Notes: generated from the letters alone by a model not told the origin. Counted from the stretch's first letter, positions 26,131 through 39,550 are shown. The stretch is DNA of 64,000 bases from Octopus sinensis (GCF_006345805.1 NC_043007.1:31248001-31312000), one strand, 5' to 3'. A program made the numbers and translations.

Positions 26131-26675
26131 CCAACCCATGCTAGCATGGATAACGAACATTAAGCGATGATTATAATGATCATGATGATTATTAGTAATT
26201 GTTGTTGTAGTAGTAGTGTTTGCTAAAAAGTGAGTCATAGATTTATTATTGCTCTGTGGAATTGATATATTTGTTGTCAGACATTGTCCGTTTGAAGTAT
26301 TTATTTCTCAGCAAATGTGCTGCCTTGTAGCAGAACTGACCAGTGGCATGGCACACTGGTCAGTTCATTCTTCTAGGCCATGTTGAGGTGGTGGTGGTGG
26401 AGGGCATGTTAAATCTTCTAGGCCATGAGATGATGGCAATGATGATGGATGCCTTTAATATGGAGTGGCACCTGCCTGGTGGTCAAATTAAATGGCCGCC
26501 TCTGAGAACTGTTTGAAACGAAGCTTGACCTGTGAAGGGTGCCTGCTTTCATTATTCCTGTACATTCTGGTTCCTGAGCGATTGCTACAAATGCTAGCAG
26601 GGTGGCATTGTTGCAGATGTGTCTGGATGATTCAGAGTTATCGGTCATTCACTAGCTGAGGCTGAGTAGCTTGAA

Positions 26676-26689
26676 GTTGCCATGGCAAC
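26676..26689. promoter_or_regulatory. Perfect palindromic RFX X-box (GTTGCCATGGCAAC)
   Basis: Exact 14-bp consensus in non-repetitive sequence. Confidence 0.5.
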
Positions 26690-27439
26690 AAATTATGCTC
26701 TTCACATATCCAGGTGCTTTTTTTTTTTTGTTTTATTTTTTTTTGATTTTGACTATTTTTATTTCATTATGTCGGTGGCCTGTGGTGAGCTGAAGTCTGC
26801 TATTTTCTCTTCTTTGAAGTTTGTTTTGGTTTGTTGATGAGGAAGATTGGATTCCCAGACAAGATTGGCATTCTCCATAATGGATTTGTATATTCGTGTT
26901 GTTCTTTCGATGTGTGGGCCAAATGGGCTGTCTGTGAGTGCTCTTGGCATGTTTGTCTATCATTCTGCTACCCCCTCCCCCCGCTGCCTGAACATCTGTG
27001 ATTGTTCTAAAGGTGTTGCAGGTATGACCTGTCGCAGTCGTAGGTATTTCCTCTCTTTTTTTTCCCCCTGTGTTTTCATATTTGGAAAGCAGGGTTGTGT
27101 TATTGGGTGTAATGGCTTACTTATTTTCCATCTTTTTACTCGCTTCATTCATTGGACTGTGGCCATGCTGGGGCACTGACTGTAAGTGTTTCATGAAACA
27201 AATCAACCCCAGGACTTATTTCAAAGTCTGGTACTTATTCTATCAGTCCTCATTCCTGAAGTGCTAAGTTACAAGAGGATATAAACAAACCAACACCAGT
27301 GGCAGCAGAGAGACAAATGCAAATTCAAAGACACACACACTCTTTCTCTCACACACACACACATACACACGTAATAGACTTGTGCATGGTTTCTGTCTAT
27401 CAAATACTCTCAAAATGCATTTGTTGGCCCAGGGCTATA

Positions 27440-27658
27440 TGAGGGGGTGCTGAAAAGATCCTGGCTTTTAGGGTATTGCGAAAGGCCTGGTTGGAGGCCC
27501 AACCTTCCGCTTTCTTTCACAGGGCTTAGAAAAACTGAAGGACTGCTGCAATAAGTGTGTGCATCCAAGAGGGGAACATGTTGAATAAAATCATAATTCA
27601 CTGATCCTCCTGTATTTTCTCTTACCCAAAGCCAGGAACTTTTCAGTACCCCCCCCCC
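27440..27658. mobile_element. mariner-like MITE, same family
   Basis: TA-tgagggggtgctgaaaagatcctggct ... agccaggaacttttcagtacccccc. Confidence 0.7.
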
Positions 27659-28234
27659 AACCTTGTAGCAGAAGACACTTACTCAAGGTACCTCACGGCA
27701 GGACTGAACCTAAAACCATCTGGTTGGGAAGTGAAATCCTCAATCACATGACCATGCATTCACCTTAGCCATGCTTGTGTTAATGTTAGGAAGAATTGTC
27801 CTTTTCATCATCATTTAATGTCCGTTGTCCATGCTGGCATGGATTGGACAATTTGACCAGAGCTGGCAAGCGGGGCAGCTGCATCAGACTCCAGTCTGAT
27901 TTGGCATGGTTTCTACAGCTGGATGCCCTTCCTAATGCCGACCACTTTACAGAGTGTGCTGGGTGCTTTTATATATAGCACTGCATGGGTACAGAGTAAC
28001 GATATCTGATACACACTTTCATTCGTAAGTCTAATCAGTCATTGATAACTTGGTGCTAAACAAACAGACCAAGTTTTTAATGGTCTTTAATTGCAAAACA
28101 TAATAACCAAATATACTTACTTCAAGGTAGCATTTAAGCAAAGTTGTCAATAATTTGAGCAATTTGTCTTTTGGATTTGATAGTCCGGTTCATGTCCCCG
28201 ATAGCAGTGGTTGTTATGTCTGTGCTAATCTGAA

Positions 28235-28490
28235 AGAGGCCTGTCATATATATGTATATATATGTATGTATGTGTGTGTGTATATGTTTGTGTGTCTGTG
28301 TTTGTCCCCCAACATCGCTTGACAACCGATGTTGGTGTGTTTATGTCCCCGTAACTTAGCGGTTTAGCAAAAGAGACCGATGGAATAAGTACTTGACTTA
28401 CAAAGTGTAAGTCCCGGGGTCGATTTGCTCGACTAAAAGGCAGTGCTCCAGCATGGCCACAGTCAAATGGCAGAAAAGAGTAAAAGAGTA
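28235..28490 (+). mobile_element. SINE family A, 3' half, about 100 bp upstream of the second VPS39 exon
   Basis: Similarity to other A copies. Confidence 0.75.
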
Positions 28491-28588
28491 TAATTTATAA
28501 TTTTTTGTTTTTCAAAACTTTAATACGTAGATTTTTGTACCTTTATGAATTCTGATATTAAATTTTATTTCTGTTTGAATTCTGGCAG

Positions 28589-28723
28589 GCCCTAGAATTG
28601 TTGCCTCCAACAACCAAGATAAAAGATATTCTGAACTATTTGGAAAACCTGATAGAGATGAAAGCAGCTCTCAGACGCAACCACATGGTTCTACGTAATG
28701 TCCTTTCCGCAGAAAATGTCATG
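28589..28723 (+). CDS. VPS39: VPS39/Vam6 next exon (45 codons, ALELLPPTTKIKDILNYLENLIEMKAALRRNHMVLRNVLSAENVM)
   Basis: ggcag| acceptor, ATG|gtaggt donor, 135 nt phase 0/0. It continues the previous exon in frame and matches recalled VPS39 ALNLLPANTQINDIRIFLEKVLEENAQKKRFNQVLKNLLHAEFLR. Confidence 0.9.
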
Positions 28724-28959
28724 GTAGGTGTCTGTTTATTCTTCTCAGAGGTGGAAATATCTTTTCCAAATGAAACTGTGTTTCTTTGTAATCTGCATCT
28801 GTTTCTAGTAAAAGTGTATGGCCTTGTGGTAAAGTGACAGGACTCACAACCATAAGGCCATGGTTTCAATTTCCAGCATTGCGTTTTTGGGTAAAACACT
28901 TCGTTTCATGATGCTCCAATCCATTCAGCTGAAAATGAGTACGACTGTCTGTTGTCCCA

Positions 28960-28993
<34 letters not shown>

Positions 28994-29549
28994 TGGGGGA
29001 ATATTGAACTCTTGGTCTCTTACACACCATGGAAAGTAGGATAAAACCTGGCCTGATGAGTCTGTGGGCTCATAGCAGTCCTAAGACATTTATTTGTATC
29101 AGATCTTATTAATAATCCTGCTTGCCAATCCGTTACTTAGCCTGTCAGTAACACTTTCATGTGATTAGAGGAAAAGAGGGAGAAAGAAAAGAGGGAGAGA
29201 GAAGTGTACATGAGATGAGGTAGAGGGAATGTAATTGTAATGCTTTCAAGTGATTAGCTGAAGGGAAAGAGAGGAGAAAGAAAAAGGAGAGAGAAAATGA
29301 AGATAAGGCGAAGAGTGAGGCAGAAAGAGGGAGAAAGAAAAAGATGGAGAGAGAAGCATTCATGATAATATTTATTATTATGTGGTTAAAAAAATTAGTT
29401 AAGGGTAGTGATGATATAACGGGGGAGAGTTAAAAATATAATTTTAGCAGAAGGGTGATGTTCTGATGGTGAGGTTAAAGAAAACAGCAACAACAACAAC
29501 AATAACAAAATACCTTAGGAACGAGAACCCAGGTTCGAAATTTCACCAA

Positions 29550-29595
29550 GACACTTGATGAAGGCTAGAGGGTATATCAGCCGAAACGTTGTGTT
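29550..29595 (+). ncRNA. Minimal hammerhead-like motif with a C3-to-U change
   Basis: gacac-TTGATGA-a-ggct..agcc-GAAAC-GTT-gtgtt. Confidence 0.5.
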
Positions 29596-29983
29596 AACAA
29601 CAAACGATGAGGACAAATATCTGTTAATTGTAAATAATGGAAATAATGTACTTTTTACAGACCACTTTTAACTCACTGTTTTCTAAACCTGAAAAAAGTA
29701 TGTTGTAGTACAAATTTTGATTTTTGCATTCCATAAAAATTTTAGGAGGTGCAAGCCATACCCCCTGTACCTCCTGTTCCTGGGCCCATGGCTGTAATAA
29801 AAAAAAAAAACTTGCCCAAGGTGCTATGTAGTGGGATTGAACCTGAAACCATGTTGCTGGGAAGCAAACTTATGCAAACCTTATTCATTTCAGATAGGAT
29901 GAACCTGTAAGTAGTATAACAGATAGGAGACTCCATTGTTGGCCATTGTTCTGTTGTGTAATGAGATGCATTTTGACACTCAC

Positions 29984-30230
29984 CGTATTCTGTTACCGTT
30001 CTTCAGACGGATGATTATTCCAAGAGGAACTGGAGCAAGAATATAATTACCTGCTGAGACTGCATGGCGAATGCGTTTCGGTGGAATAATTGCAGGAAGC
30101 GGTGCAGGTTGTGGTGTGGAGAATTCGTTTAATTGGTGTCTGCCATTGCTTCCTGGCCATACTGGGGCACCCCCTTCAAGTGTTCAGTGGTGATGTGTGT
30201 TGAAGTGCCACGTCAAGAGATAGGGAGGAA
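29984..30230 (-). other. Candidate antisense exon in non-repetitive, GC-richer DNA
   Basis: Minus strand ttctctacgttttcag| acceptor and CG|gtgagt donor. One frame is open for about 66 codons up to the donor, but all three frames have a stop soon after the acceptor. Confidence 0.25.
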
Positions 30231-30457
30231 CTGAAAACGTAGAGAACACTGGTTTCTACACGTATGTGAACACAAACACACACACAAAAGTGCAAGTGTG
30301 CTTGTGTGGTTGAGAAGCTAGCTTCCCAGTTATATGGTCTTGGGTTCAGTCCCACTGCATGGCACCTTAGGCAAGTGTCTTCTACTATAGCACCAAGTAG
30401 GCCAAAACCTTGGGAGTGGATTTGGTGGATAGAAACTGAAAGAAGCCCATTTTATAT

Positions 30458-30519
<62 letters not shown>

Positions 30520-31574
30520 TTGGTTGTGTGTATGTGTGTGTGTTTCATTGTGTGTACCCTTGTTTAGGCATTACATCATAGTTGTAAATGAGCATCATTG
30601 TCATACAAGCAGGGTTGTTCATTTCCAATCTAATGTGAAAAATACGTCTAGCCTCAAGAAAATATTACGTTGCTTGGAAACAGGTGAGGGTTGGTGTCAG
30701 GAAAGGCATCCAGCCGTAGACAAGTCTGCCCCAACAGATTCTATCAAACCCATGCTTGAACAGGAAAGTGGATATTTGATGATGATGATGGTGGTGGCAG
30801 TGGTGGCGTGGATGATAATGATGATGTTGATGCTTATGATGATGATGGCATTGGCAGCATGTTCTCCTCCTCCTCCTCCTCCATTACCGTACATGCATTC
30901 AGTATGTAGAATAGGATCAGGTGACATCATTGATGATGAAACCAGGAAGAGAAATGGTAACTAAGATGGTATTGCTTAATATTTCGAAGACATATTGCCT
31001 TATATTGATTCCAAACTTTGGACATGAGGCCAGAAATTTTGGGAGAAGGGACAAGTCAATTACATTAACCCCCCCCATTGTTCACCTAGTACTTATTTTA
31101 TTGACCCCGAAAAGGACGAAAGGCAAAGTCAGCCCTGGCGGTATTTGAATGCAGAACGTAAGGTCAGAAGAAACACCAACCACCAAGCAATTTCTCTGGC
31201 ACTAAGCAATTTTTGTTGCCTCACATATTGCTTTCTATTAACAATAAATATATGGAGGTCTGATTCTAATTCATCTCGTTATGTGAAAATAGCTTAATGA
31301 ATGCTGGAAATATTACTTGTTGAGAATATGAAGCAAATTAATAGCATGGTGTGTATTAGTTTAATTAGATATCAAACGTCAATTGAAGTGGATATTCTCA
31401 TGCAGTAAAACCCAATTTGCTGTAATTCATTAACATTTATTCTCGTTTGAATCAATCAACGCATTAATGGGAAGAATCGTAATTCACAATGGCCTGGAAT
31501 GATATCTGCTTTTACTTTTAGCTGTTTAGTACAGGTTGGTCTTCACTGTTTCTTCTTTTACCACCATCACAATT

Positions 31575-31609
<35 letters not shown>

Positions 31610-31665
31610 TTGTTGTTGTTGTTAAGCAACAAGACGAGTAAGGGTGATTAGGTGATGGTCTAGGC

Positions 31666-31866
31666 CAGTGGTTTTCAACCAGGGTTCCGCCAGTACAGTC
31701 CAGGGGTTCCGCAAGAAATTACAAAACTGCTAAAATCGGCAGTAATTTTTAATTCTCCTGTGCAGATATGTGTGCATAAGACAATTAAATTATTGCACAT
31801 GGGTTCCTTGACCCAGTGGAATGTTTCCTTGGGGTTCTGCTTCAGCAAAAAGTTTGAAAAGCACTG
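31666..31866. mobile_element. hAT-like MITE
   Basis: TIR cagtggttttcaacc/gtttgaaaagcactg; 8-bp TSD gtctaggc/gtctaggg. Confidence 0.85.
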
Positions 31867-33927
31867 GTCTAGGGCTTAGGGGCAGGAGACCCCAGACCTT
31901 GGAAAAAAAAAGAAAAAACTTTGGTCGTAGTTGATGCCCGACACCACTGGGAAGTGGCCCTCAAACTCGCTGGAAATGGAGATCTCCAGGTCCAAATTCT
32001 TGAATGGCTGCTGCTGCTGCTCTTAATAGTGGTGGTGGTGAAGGTGGCAGCAGCATGGAGTGGCTAGTTCAAGAGGAACTGATGAGCCAAACGGCTGCAT
32101 TTGGCATGCTTTCTAGGGCCAAATGCCCTTCCTAAAACTAACCACATTACAGAATGTACCAGGTGCTTGTTTTATGTGGCACCAGCACTGGTGAGGTCAC
32201 CGAGTTACCCATAGGACAAAACCCCTCAACAGAGTAGGATATAGTAGTGAGGGATATGAAAGAATGGTAGAGGGACAAGAACAAGTGTCTCACTGAAGAG
32301 ATTAATAGATGGTTTCCCTATAATTATCATTTAATATCTTCCAAGCTAAATTAATACGGAATTTTGATGGAAGGTTTAAATTTAGATCACTTTCAAACAG
32401 GAATTTTGTATCATAGAAGCTGGGTGCGGTCTCAGGCAGATTGATATCAAAATGGTAAGAAGAAAAAACCCTGGAGAACACACAGCATTGCTACTAATTT
32501 CAAGATAAAAGTCGGTGCCATGAAGAGAAGCCAAATAGATTTAGATGCTTAAGTGGAATATCTTATCAGTTTTTTTATATTTCAAGATTCCTACACATGA
32601 GGAGAATTTCAGGCCTAGCAGGCTCTCTCTTCACTGATATACCAATTCCACAAAATGTTGAAGATCATAGACATCATGCTTTCGCCTAAAGATAAGAAAT
32701 CCTGTAGTTCTAAAAACAAATGCTTTCCAACTCTCAGGAAACACATTTCAGATTTATTGCAAATAAATTTTAACAACAGAATCTTATATGGACCCACAAG
32801 GATCACATGGACTCTGGCTGAGTACCCCTGGTGTATATCATACAATAAGTTTGTAAAAGATTGGTGTGTAGTCTAGGTGTGTGTGTGAACGTCTATTCTG
32901 TCTTTTATTGTTTACTGTCAAGCAGTTGAGTGGGGACAAAACCACTATGGCAATGCTAGGATACCATCTTGAAGGGGTTTGTCAGCCAAATTGGCTCCTG
33001 TACTTTTTTTTTTTTTTGTTTTGAAATCTGGTGCTTATTCTATCAATCTCTTTTTCTGAACTGTTAAGTTATTAGAGGTAAACAAGCCAGCACTAGTTGT
33101 CAAATGGGGGAAGGTCTACTAACACACACACACCTATCTATCCATCCATCCATTCATCTATCTATCTACCTACCTACCTACCTACCTACCTATCTATCTA
33201 TCTTTCTGTCTATCAATCTATATATCTATCTAGTATATATATATATATATATACTACTTATGTATGTGTGTATACACACATGCACACACTCACACACGTG
33301 TGTGTGTGTGAGTGTGTTTGTTTCTGGGTTTTATAGCGTGTAAGTTTTGTACCTTGTACAACAGCCACAGCCATATCGTTATTCAGGCGTGTTGCATGAG
33401 ATAGACTTGAAATATCTTAGAAACCACACAACTGTTTAATCCATTACACGGTCTCTGGGAAAAAGCACTTTGAGAATCTGCCTGAGTCAGATGATGATAA
33501 GGAGGCTGGGGAAGAGGGTGGAAACTTTGCTGCTGCTTTTGGAGTGGAGGCACTGTCAGTATCGGTTGTGGTAGGGTGGTGGAGGTTGAGCAATTAACAA
33601 TTGTTGTTATATAGAAACTCTTCCCCCTCCCCCATCCCGGCAAAGCTCAGAATCTCATCAGTTTATTATCTTTGACTAGAATTATTCCATCCATTTCAAT
33701 TTTATCGTTTGGCATATCTGCATTGTCCGATGCGTACTTCCTCATTTTTTTTTCTTTGAAGATGGTAGCTTGTGTGATTTGAGGGAGATTTGGCTGTTCT
33801 TTCTTGCAGGCCAAGCAACCACATGGAGAGCCCCTTTGTAGATATTGTTGTTGTTAAGGCCAAGGCTGTCCCCTGATCAAACCCCTACCCCCACCAAAGG
33901 TCTAATATATATATATATATATACATA

Positions 33928-34328
33928 GGCGCAGGAGTAGCTGTGTGGTAAGTAGCTTGCTAACCAACCACATGGTTCCGGGTTCAGTCCCATTGTGTGA
34001 CATCTTGGGCAGAAGACACTTGCCAACCAATGCCTTGTGAGTGGATTTGGTAGACAGAAACTGAAAAGAAGCCTGTCGTATATATGTATATATATATATA
34101 TATATGTGCGTGTGTGTGTTTGTGTGTCTGTGTTTGTCCCCCTAGCATTGCTTGACAACCGATGCTGGTGTGTTTACGTCCCCGTTACTTAGCGGTTCGG
34201 CAAAAGAGACTGATAGAATAAGTACTGGGCTTACAAAAGAATAAGTCCCGGGGTCGAGTTGCTCGACTAAAGGCGGTGCTCCAGCATGGCCACAGTCAAA
34301 TGACTGAAACAAGTAAAAGAGTAAAGAG
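33928..34328 (+). mobile_element. SINE family A, full length, young
   Basis: Very close to the reverse complement of 8316-8733. Confidence 0.85.
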
Positions 34329-35450
34329 AGATAGATAGATAGTACTGGGGTTAATTTGTTCAACTATACCCTGCAAGGTGGTACCCTAGCTTGGCCACAG
34401 TCCAATGATTGAAACAAGTAAAAGAGTAAAAGGGTATCTGTTTAACCCTTTTGGGGCTCAGATTACTCAGTTAAATGTAATACTTTTTCACTCAAATTGT
34501 TTTTAATTAATCATGCATTATCTTACAGCTTTGAGGTTTCAATGATGTGATTGTTTCATTTTTAGAATGTCAATGTAGGTTAGGTGTGAGAGGCTAGATA
34601 TGGCCAGTTGGAATATAAAACATGTAGAATATTTGGGCCATTGCTCATTTTTCTGCATAAATTCATTAATACAAGAAACTTGGAGCAGCAATGAAGTTAT
34701 CAGCTTTGGATGAATAAATAGACTCTACATCATGTATTGAGTTCTTTATCTTCCATTTCTGCATCTGTATGGTTATATTGACCGTATGTATCATCATCCT
34801 TTAATATCTACTTTTCCATGCTTGCATGGGTCAGACAGAATTTGTCGAGGCAGATTTTCTATGACTGGATGCCCTTCCTGTCACCAACCTTCACCTGTTT
34901 CCAACTAGGGTAATATTTCTCTGTGGCCAGGCATGTTTTTAGGGAAGATTGGAAATGAAAGACACCACTTGCATGAGGGTGGTACTTGTTTACAACCATT
35001 GGGTGATGTCAAGACAAGGATACACCCAAACACGTGTGCACACACACACTCTCTCTCTCACACACACACACACTCACACACACACACTACACACACACAC
35101 TCAACAGGCTTCTTTCAGTTTCTGCCTTCCAAATCCACTAAAAAGGCTTTGGTTACTCAGGCCTGTAATAAAAGACACCTGCCAAAGATGCCATGCAGTG
35201 GGATTGAACCCAAGACCACATGGTTACGAAGCAAGTGTTCTTAACTACACAGCCAATGCCTCTGTCATCTACATATATTCTGCTGCACCTTTCTTTTGCT
35301 AATGTTTGTATTTTTGTATTTATATGTGTATCCATAGCAACACATATATTTGTTTTCAGTAATTTATGTGTGAAAGCTTTAAGCAATCTTTTTCATGAAA
35401 GACATTTTACAAATTCAGTTTGTGTGTGTGTTTGTGTGTCTGAATGAATG

Positions 35451-35496
<46 letters not shown>

Positions 35497-36547
35497 AAAA
35501 ATCCCTGTCTGTGGTGAGCTAAAGCTACCTCCAATGGCAAAGAGCTTCAATTCTTTTCTCTCGTTGTTGAGTCATTGAATGACTCATTCTCATTCAGTTT
35601 TAGCTTACTGTGCTGTAATTTTCACCAGACACAATATTTAGAGCAGTAGGGCAGAGAGAGAGAGAGAGAGAGATGGGTGGACAGACAGTGGCAGAGCAAT
35701 AGATTGTTGGGTATATTCAATTTTCATTTTAATATTTTCTTTATTGAGAACACTCTGCCGCTTGATACTCTATCCTAAATAATGTCAACGTAGACATTTC
35801 ACAGATTATAAAACTATCAAATGTTCCTCTCGTTTTTCATAAATATTTCTGCTCACAAACTTTTAGTCTGGTTCTTAATGAATTCACTGAATGATTCGGC
35901 CTCAAAGACATTTCTGAATCTCTCTTTTCTTCTTTTTTTTTTTTAAAGCTCTTTTGGCCTTAGTTTGTCTCTGTTGTTCGACTGTGGCCATACGAGCGCC
36001 ACTGCTTTAAAGGGTTTAATCAAACAAATTGACGACCCCTGGTACTTATCTATTTTTAAAATCTAGTACTTAATCCATCGATCTCTTTTAAACAAACACT
36101 AGTTATCAGGCAGGGGCATGGGGTGAGAGGAACACAAGCACACACACACACTGAGCTTTTTTCAGTTTCCTTCTACCAAATCCACTTACAAGGCTTTTGG
36201 TCAGCCCAGAGCTATAGTAGAAAACACTTGTCCAAGGTGCCATGCTATGGGACTGAACCCAAACCCATACAGTTGGGAAGCAAGCTTCTAACCATATAGC
36301 CATACCGGTGCCTACTATTATTTATAGTTTTATCTACTCCCAGTCCCATAGTTAAAAAACAATGATATCATGGCCCTCACGGTTTCAAAAATTCCTACAA
36401 CATAAACAACAGACAATTCTTGCTGGTAAGAACAAACCTTCTAAAGATGAGGAATTTTGAAGGATTGTTTTGGTATAATGGTAGAACATCTGTCATGTTT
36501 ACGAAAGAGGTAGGTTTGAGTCTCACAGGCAGCCTTCAACTTTCTAG

Positions 36548-36772
36548 ACTCTTTTACTCTTTATACTTCTTTCAGTCATTTGACTGTGGCCATGCTGGAG
36601 CACCGCCATTAATCAAGCAAATCGACCCCAGGACTTATTCTTTATAAGCCCAGTACTTATTCTATCGGTCTCTTTTGCTGAACTGCTAAGTTACAGGGAC
36701 ATAAACACACCGGTATCGGTTGTCAAGCGATGTTGGTGGGATAAACACAGACACACAAACATATACACACAC

Positions 36773-36823
<51 letters not shown>

Positions 36824-37020
36824 TATATACGACACACACACACACAAATATATACATGACAGGCTTCCTTCAGTTTCCATCTATTAAATCCACTCGCAAG
36901 GCGTTTGGTTGACCCTAGGCTATAGCAGAAGACACTTGCCCAAGGTGCCATACAGTGGGATTGAACCCAGAACCATGTGGTCAGGAAGCAAGCTTCTTAC
37001 CACACAGCCACTCCTGCACC
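36548..37020 (-). mobile_element. SINE family A, full length
   Basis: Similarity to other A copies. Confidence 0.85.
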
Positions 37021-38806
37021 TCTATACTTAATATTTTTTTAATATGAAAGCTTTTATAAAAGTGGCAAGCTGTCAGAATCCTTAGGATGCTGGACAAAAT
37101 GCAAAGTGACAGTTTTTCTTCTAGCTCTAGGTTTTCAGTTCAAATGTCACTTTTCAAGTTTAGCACTGGTGGGGGGGGGGGGTTGATGTAATTGCCTAAC
37201 ACCCTTCCCTTAGAATTGCTGGCCTTGTGCCAAATTTAGAAAGAATTATTGAAGGTTTCTATAGTTTCACATTATGAAGTGGTAAGGAATTCATCATCAT
37301 CATCATCGTTTAACGTCCATCTTCTGTGCATGCATGGGTAGAATGATTAACAGGGGACGGTCAGGTAAAAGACTACCCCAGGCCACTGTGTCTGTTTTGG
37401 CAAGATTTTTACAGCTGGATGCCCTTCCAAATGCCAACCACCTTACAGTGTGGACAGGATGCTTCTTTTTTATGACCAGTATGGAGAGAGATCACCGAGT
37501 CATGCCAGATCCATGAATGGTCATAGTTGCAGTGACTGACTGCAAATAATAATAATAATAATAATGGTTTTATAATGAATATTATTCTTGTGTTCCTTAC
37601 ATGATTCTAAAAGCATTGATAAAGAATACATAACTCAAAACAGATAAATTCTATTTGTTGTGGCTTTTTTTTCTTTTCTCTTTTCAAACGTACTTGGTTG
37701 ACTCATCTGCTTCTGACTGGAATATTTCATTTTCTGCTGCTGCCATGGTTTCTGGTCAATGCCTGCAGGTTTTCTTTATTCGTCTGAATAACTAGCTTTT
37801 GCTCTCTGTGTAATTAATTAGGTGGCTGGAAAGGTTCTGTGGACATTTATTAACGTGTACCTTTTGATTGATTCACAGGCAAATGAGAGACAGAAAGAGA
37901 GAATATATATATATACATACATGTGTGTATGTCTGTATGTATGTATGTGTGTATATAACTGCTATTTGTCAGGAGAGAAGCTGTGGGATTTATCAATGGA
38001 ATCCTGGGAGTTTTTAATCCACTCTCAATATATTTTCTGTAAGAAGATGTATCGCATTGAAATGAGTATATTTTGGGAAGGAGACAAAAAACGAAACAAA
38101 AGTATAAAATCAGCATAAAAAAAACATGGCCTTTCAACATTTCACAGACCTTTTCTGTGTAATATCAGTTTCATCATCATCATCATCATCATCTTAATGT
38201 TCACCTTTTCATGGGTTGGATGGTTTGACCAGAACTGGCCAGCTGGAGAGCTGTTTAAGCTCCAATTTTCTGTTTCGGCTTCCTAATGCCAGCCAACCAC
38301 TTTACTAAGGGTACTGGGTGCTTTTTATGTGGCACCAGCACGGGAGTTTTTTTTACATGGTGCCAGTCTGTATATATATATACAGACTGGCATCCTTGCT
38401 AGTGGAGCACTAAGAGCACCATCTGAGCATGATCGTTGCCAGAGCAGCTGAGAGGCTTCCATGCCGGTGGCACATAAAAAGCACCATCTGAGCGTGATCG
38501 TTACCAGTGTCGCCTTACTGGCACTTGTGCTGGTGGCACACAAAAAACACCTTTTCAGTGTGGTCGTTGCCAGTACCGCCTGACTAGCCCTCATGCTGGT
38601 GGCATGTAAAAGCACCCACTACACTCTCAGAGTGGTTGGCGTTAGGAAGGGCATCCAGCTGTAGAAACATTGTCAGATCAGATTGGAGCCTGGTGCAGCC
38701 TTCTGGTTCACCAGTCCTCAATCAGATCATCCAACCCATGCTAGCATGGAAAGCGGACGTTAAACGATGATGATGATGATGATGATATGCATAAATGCAT
38801 GCATAC

Positions 38807-38837
<31 letters not shown>

Positions 38838-39550
38838 ACCCGTGGCCTTCTACATGGGATGGAGCCAGCCTACGTATGCATACCTTCCCTTCTTGGGACA
38901 CAAAACTCTACTTGTGAAGACCTGTTGAGGCAAGTGAGAATCAGAATCGAAATCGATCAATGGAAATTGCAGATGTGTTACCAGTGCCGGTGGCATGTCG
39001 AAACTCTACTTGTGAAGACCTGTTGAGGCAAGTGAGGATCAGAATTGAAATTGCGGATGTGTTACCAGTGCCGGTGGCATGTCGAAACTCTACTTGTGAA
39101 GACCCGTTGAGGCAAGTGAGGATCAGAATCGAAATCGATCAATGGAAATTGCAGATGTGTTACCAGTGCCGGTGGCATGTAAGAGAACCTTCCGTTCCGT
39201 GACCGTTGCCAGCACCGCTCCGACTGGCCTCGTGCCGATGGCACGTAAAAAGCACCATCCGTTCGTGTCCGTTGCCAGCCTCCCCTGGCCCTCGTGCCGG
39301 TGGCACATAAAAGGCACCATCCATTCGTGGCCGTTTGCCAGCTCTGTCTGGCACCTGTGCGGGTGGCACGTAAAAAGCACCCACTACACTCACGGAGTGG
39401 TTGGCGTTAGGAAGGGCATCCAGCCGTAGAAACACTGCCAGATTTGACTGGGCCTGATGAAGCCTTCTGGCTTCACAGACCCCAGTAGAACCGTCCAACC
39501 CATGCTAGCATGGAAAACGGACGCTAAACGACGATGATGATGATGATGAT
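38838..39550 (+). mobile_element. Long family C element with internal three-unit tandem array
   Basis: Units start at 38903, 39001 and 39085; ends in a (GAT)n tail. Confidence 0.8.

Larger units (their letters stand above)
15125..28588 (+). other. VPS39 intron, 13,464 bp
   Basis: GT...AG between the two in-frame exons; filled with repeats. Confidence 0.8.

Noticed and set aside
26759-26950. 63-aa minus ORF (MPRALTDSPFG...)
   Set aside because: No recognisable homology, no supporting splice signals, and length within chance expectation.
28121-28230. Apparent minus-strand exon (tttcag|...|gtaagt)
   Set aside because: The acceptor is supplied by a truncated SINE A boundary, and all frames stop.
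28678-28691. 14-mer caaccacatggttc in the VPS39 exon identical to a SINE A head motif
   Set aside because: It encodes conserved-position residues and flanks do not match the SINE; most likely coincidence.
29050-29080. CTGATGA with a small hairpin (similar at 39436 and 10458)
   Set aside because: No GAAA core follows; 29050 and 39436 lie within SINE bodies.
30000-30085. Minus-strand GAAAC...GTC...CTGAAGA (type II hammerhead order)
   Set aside because: Stem I does not pair and stem II is only 3 bp with extra bases.
38903-39180. Repeat array that might look like CRISPR
   Set aside because: Units are repeated in full with no unique spacers; eukaryotic retroposon context; no cas genes.
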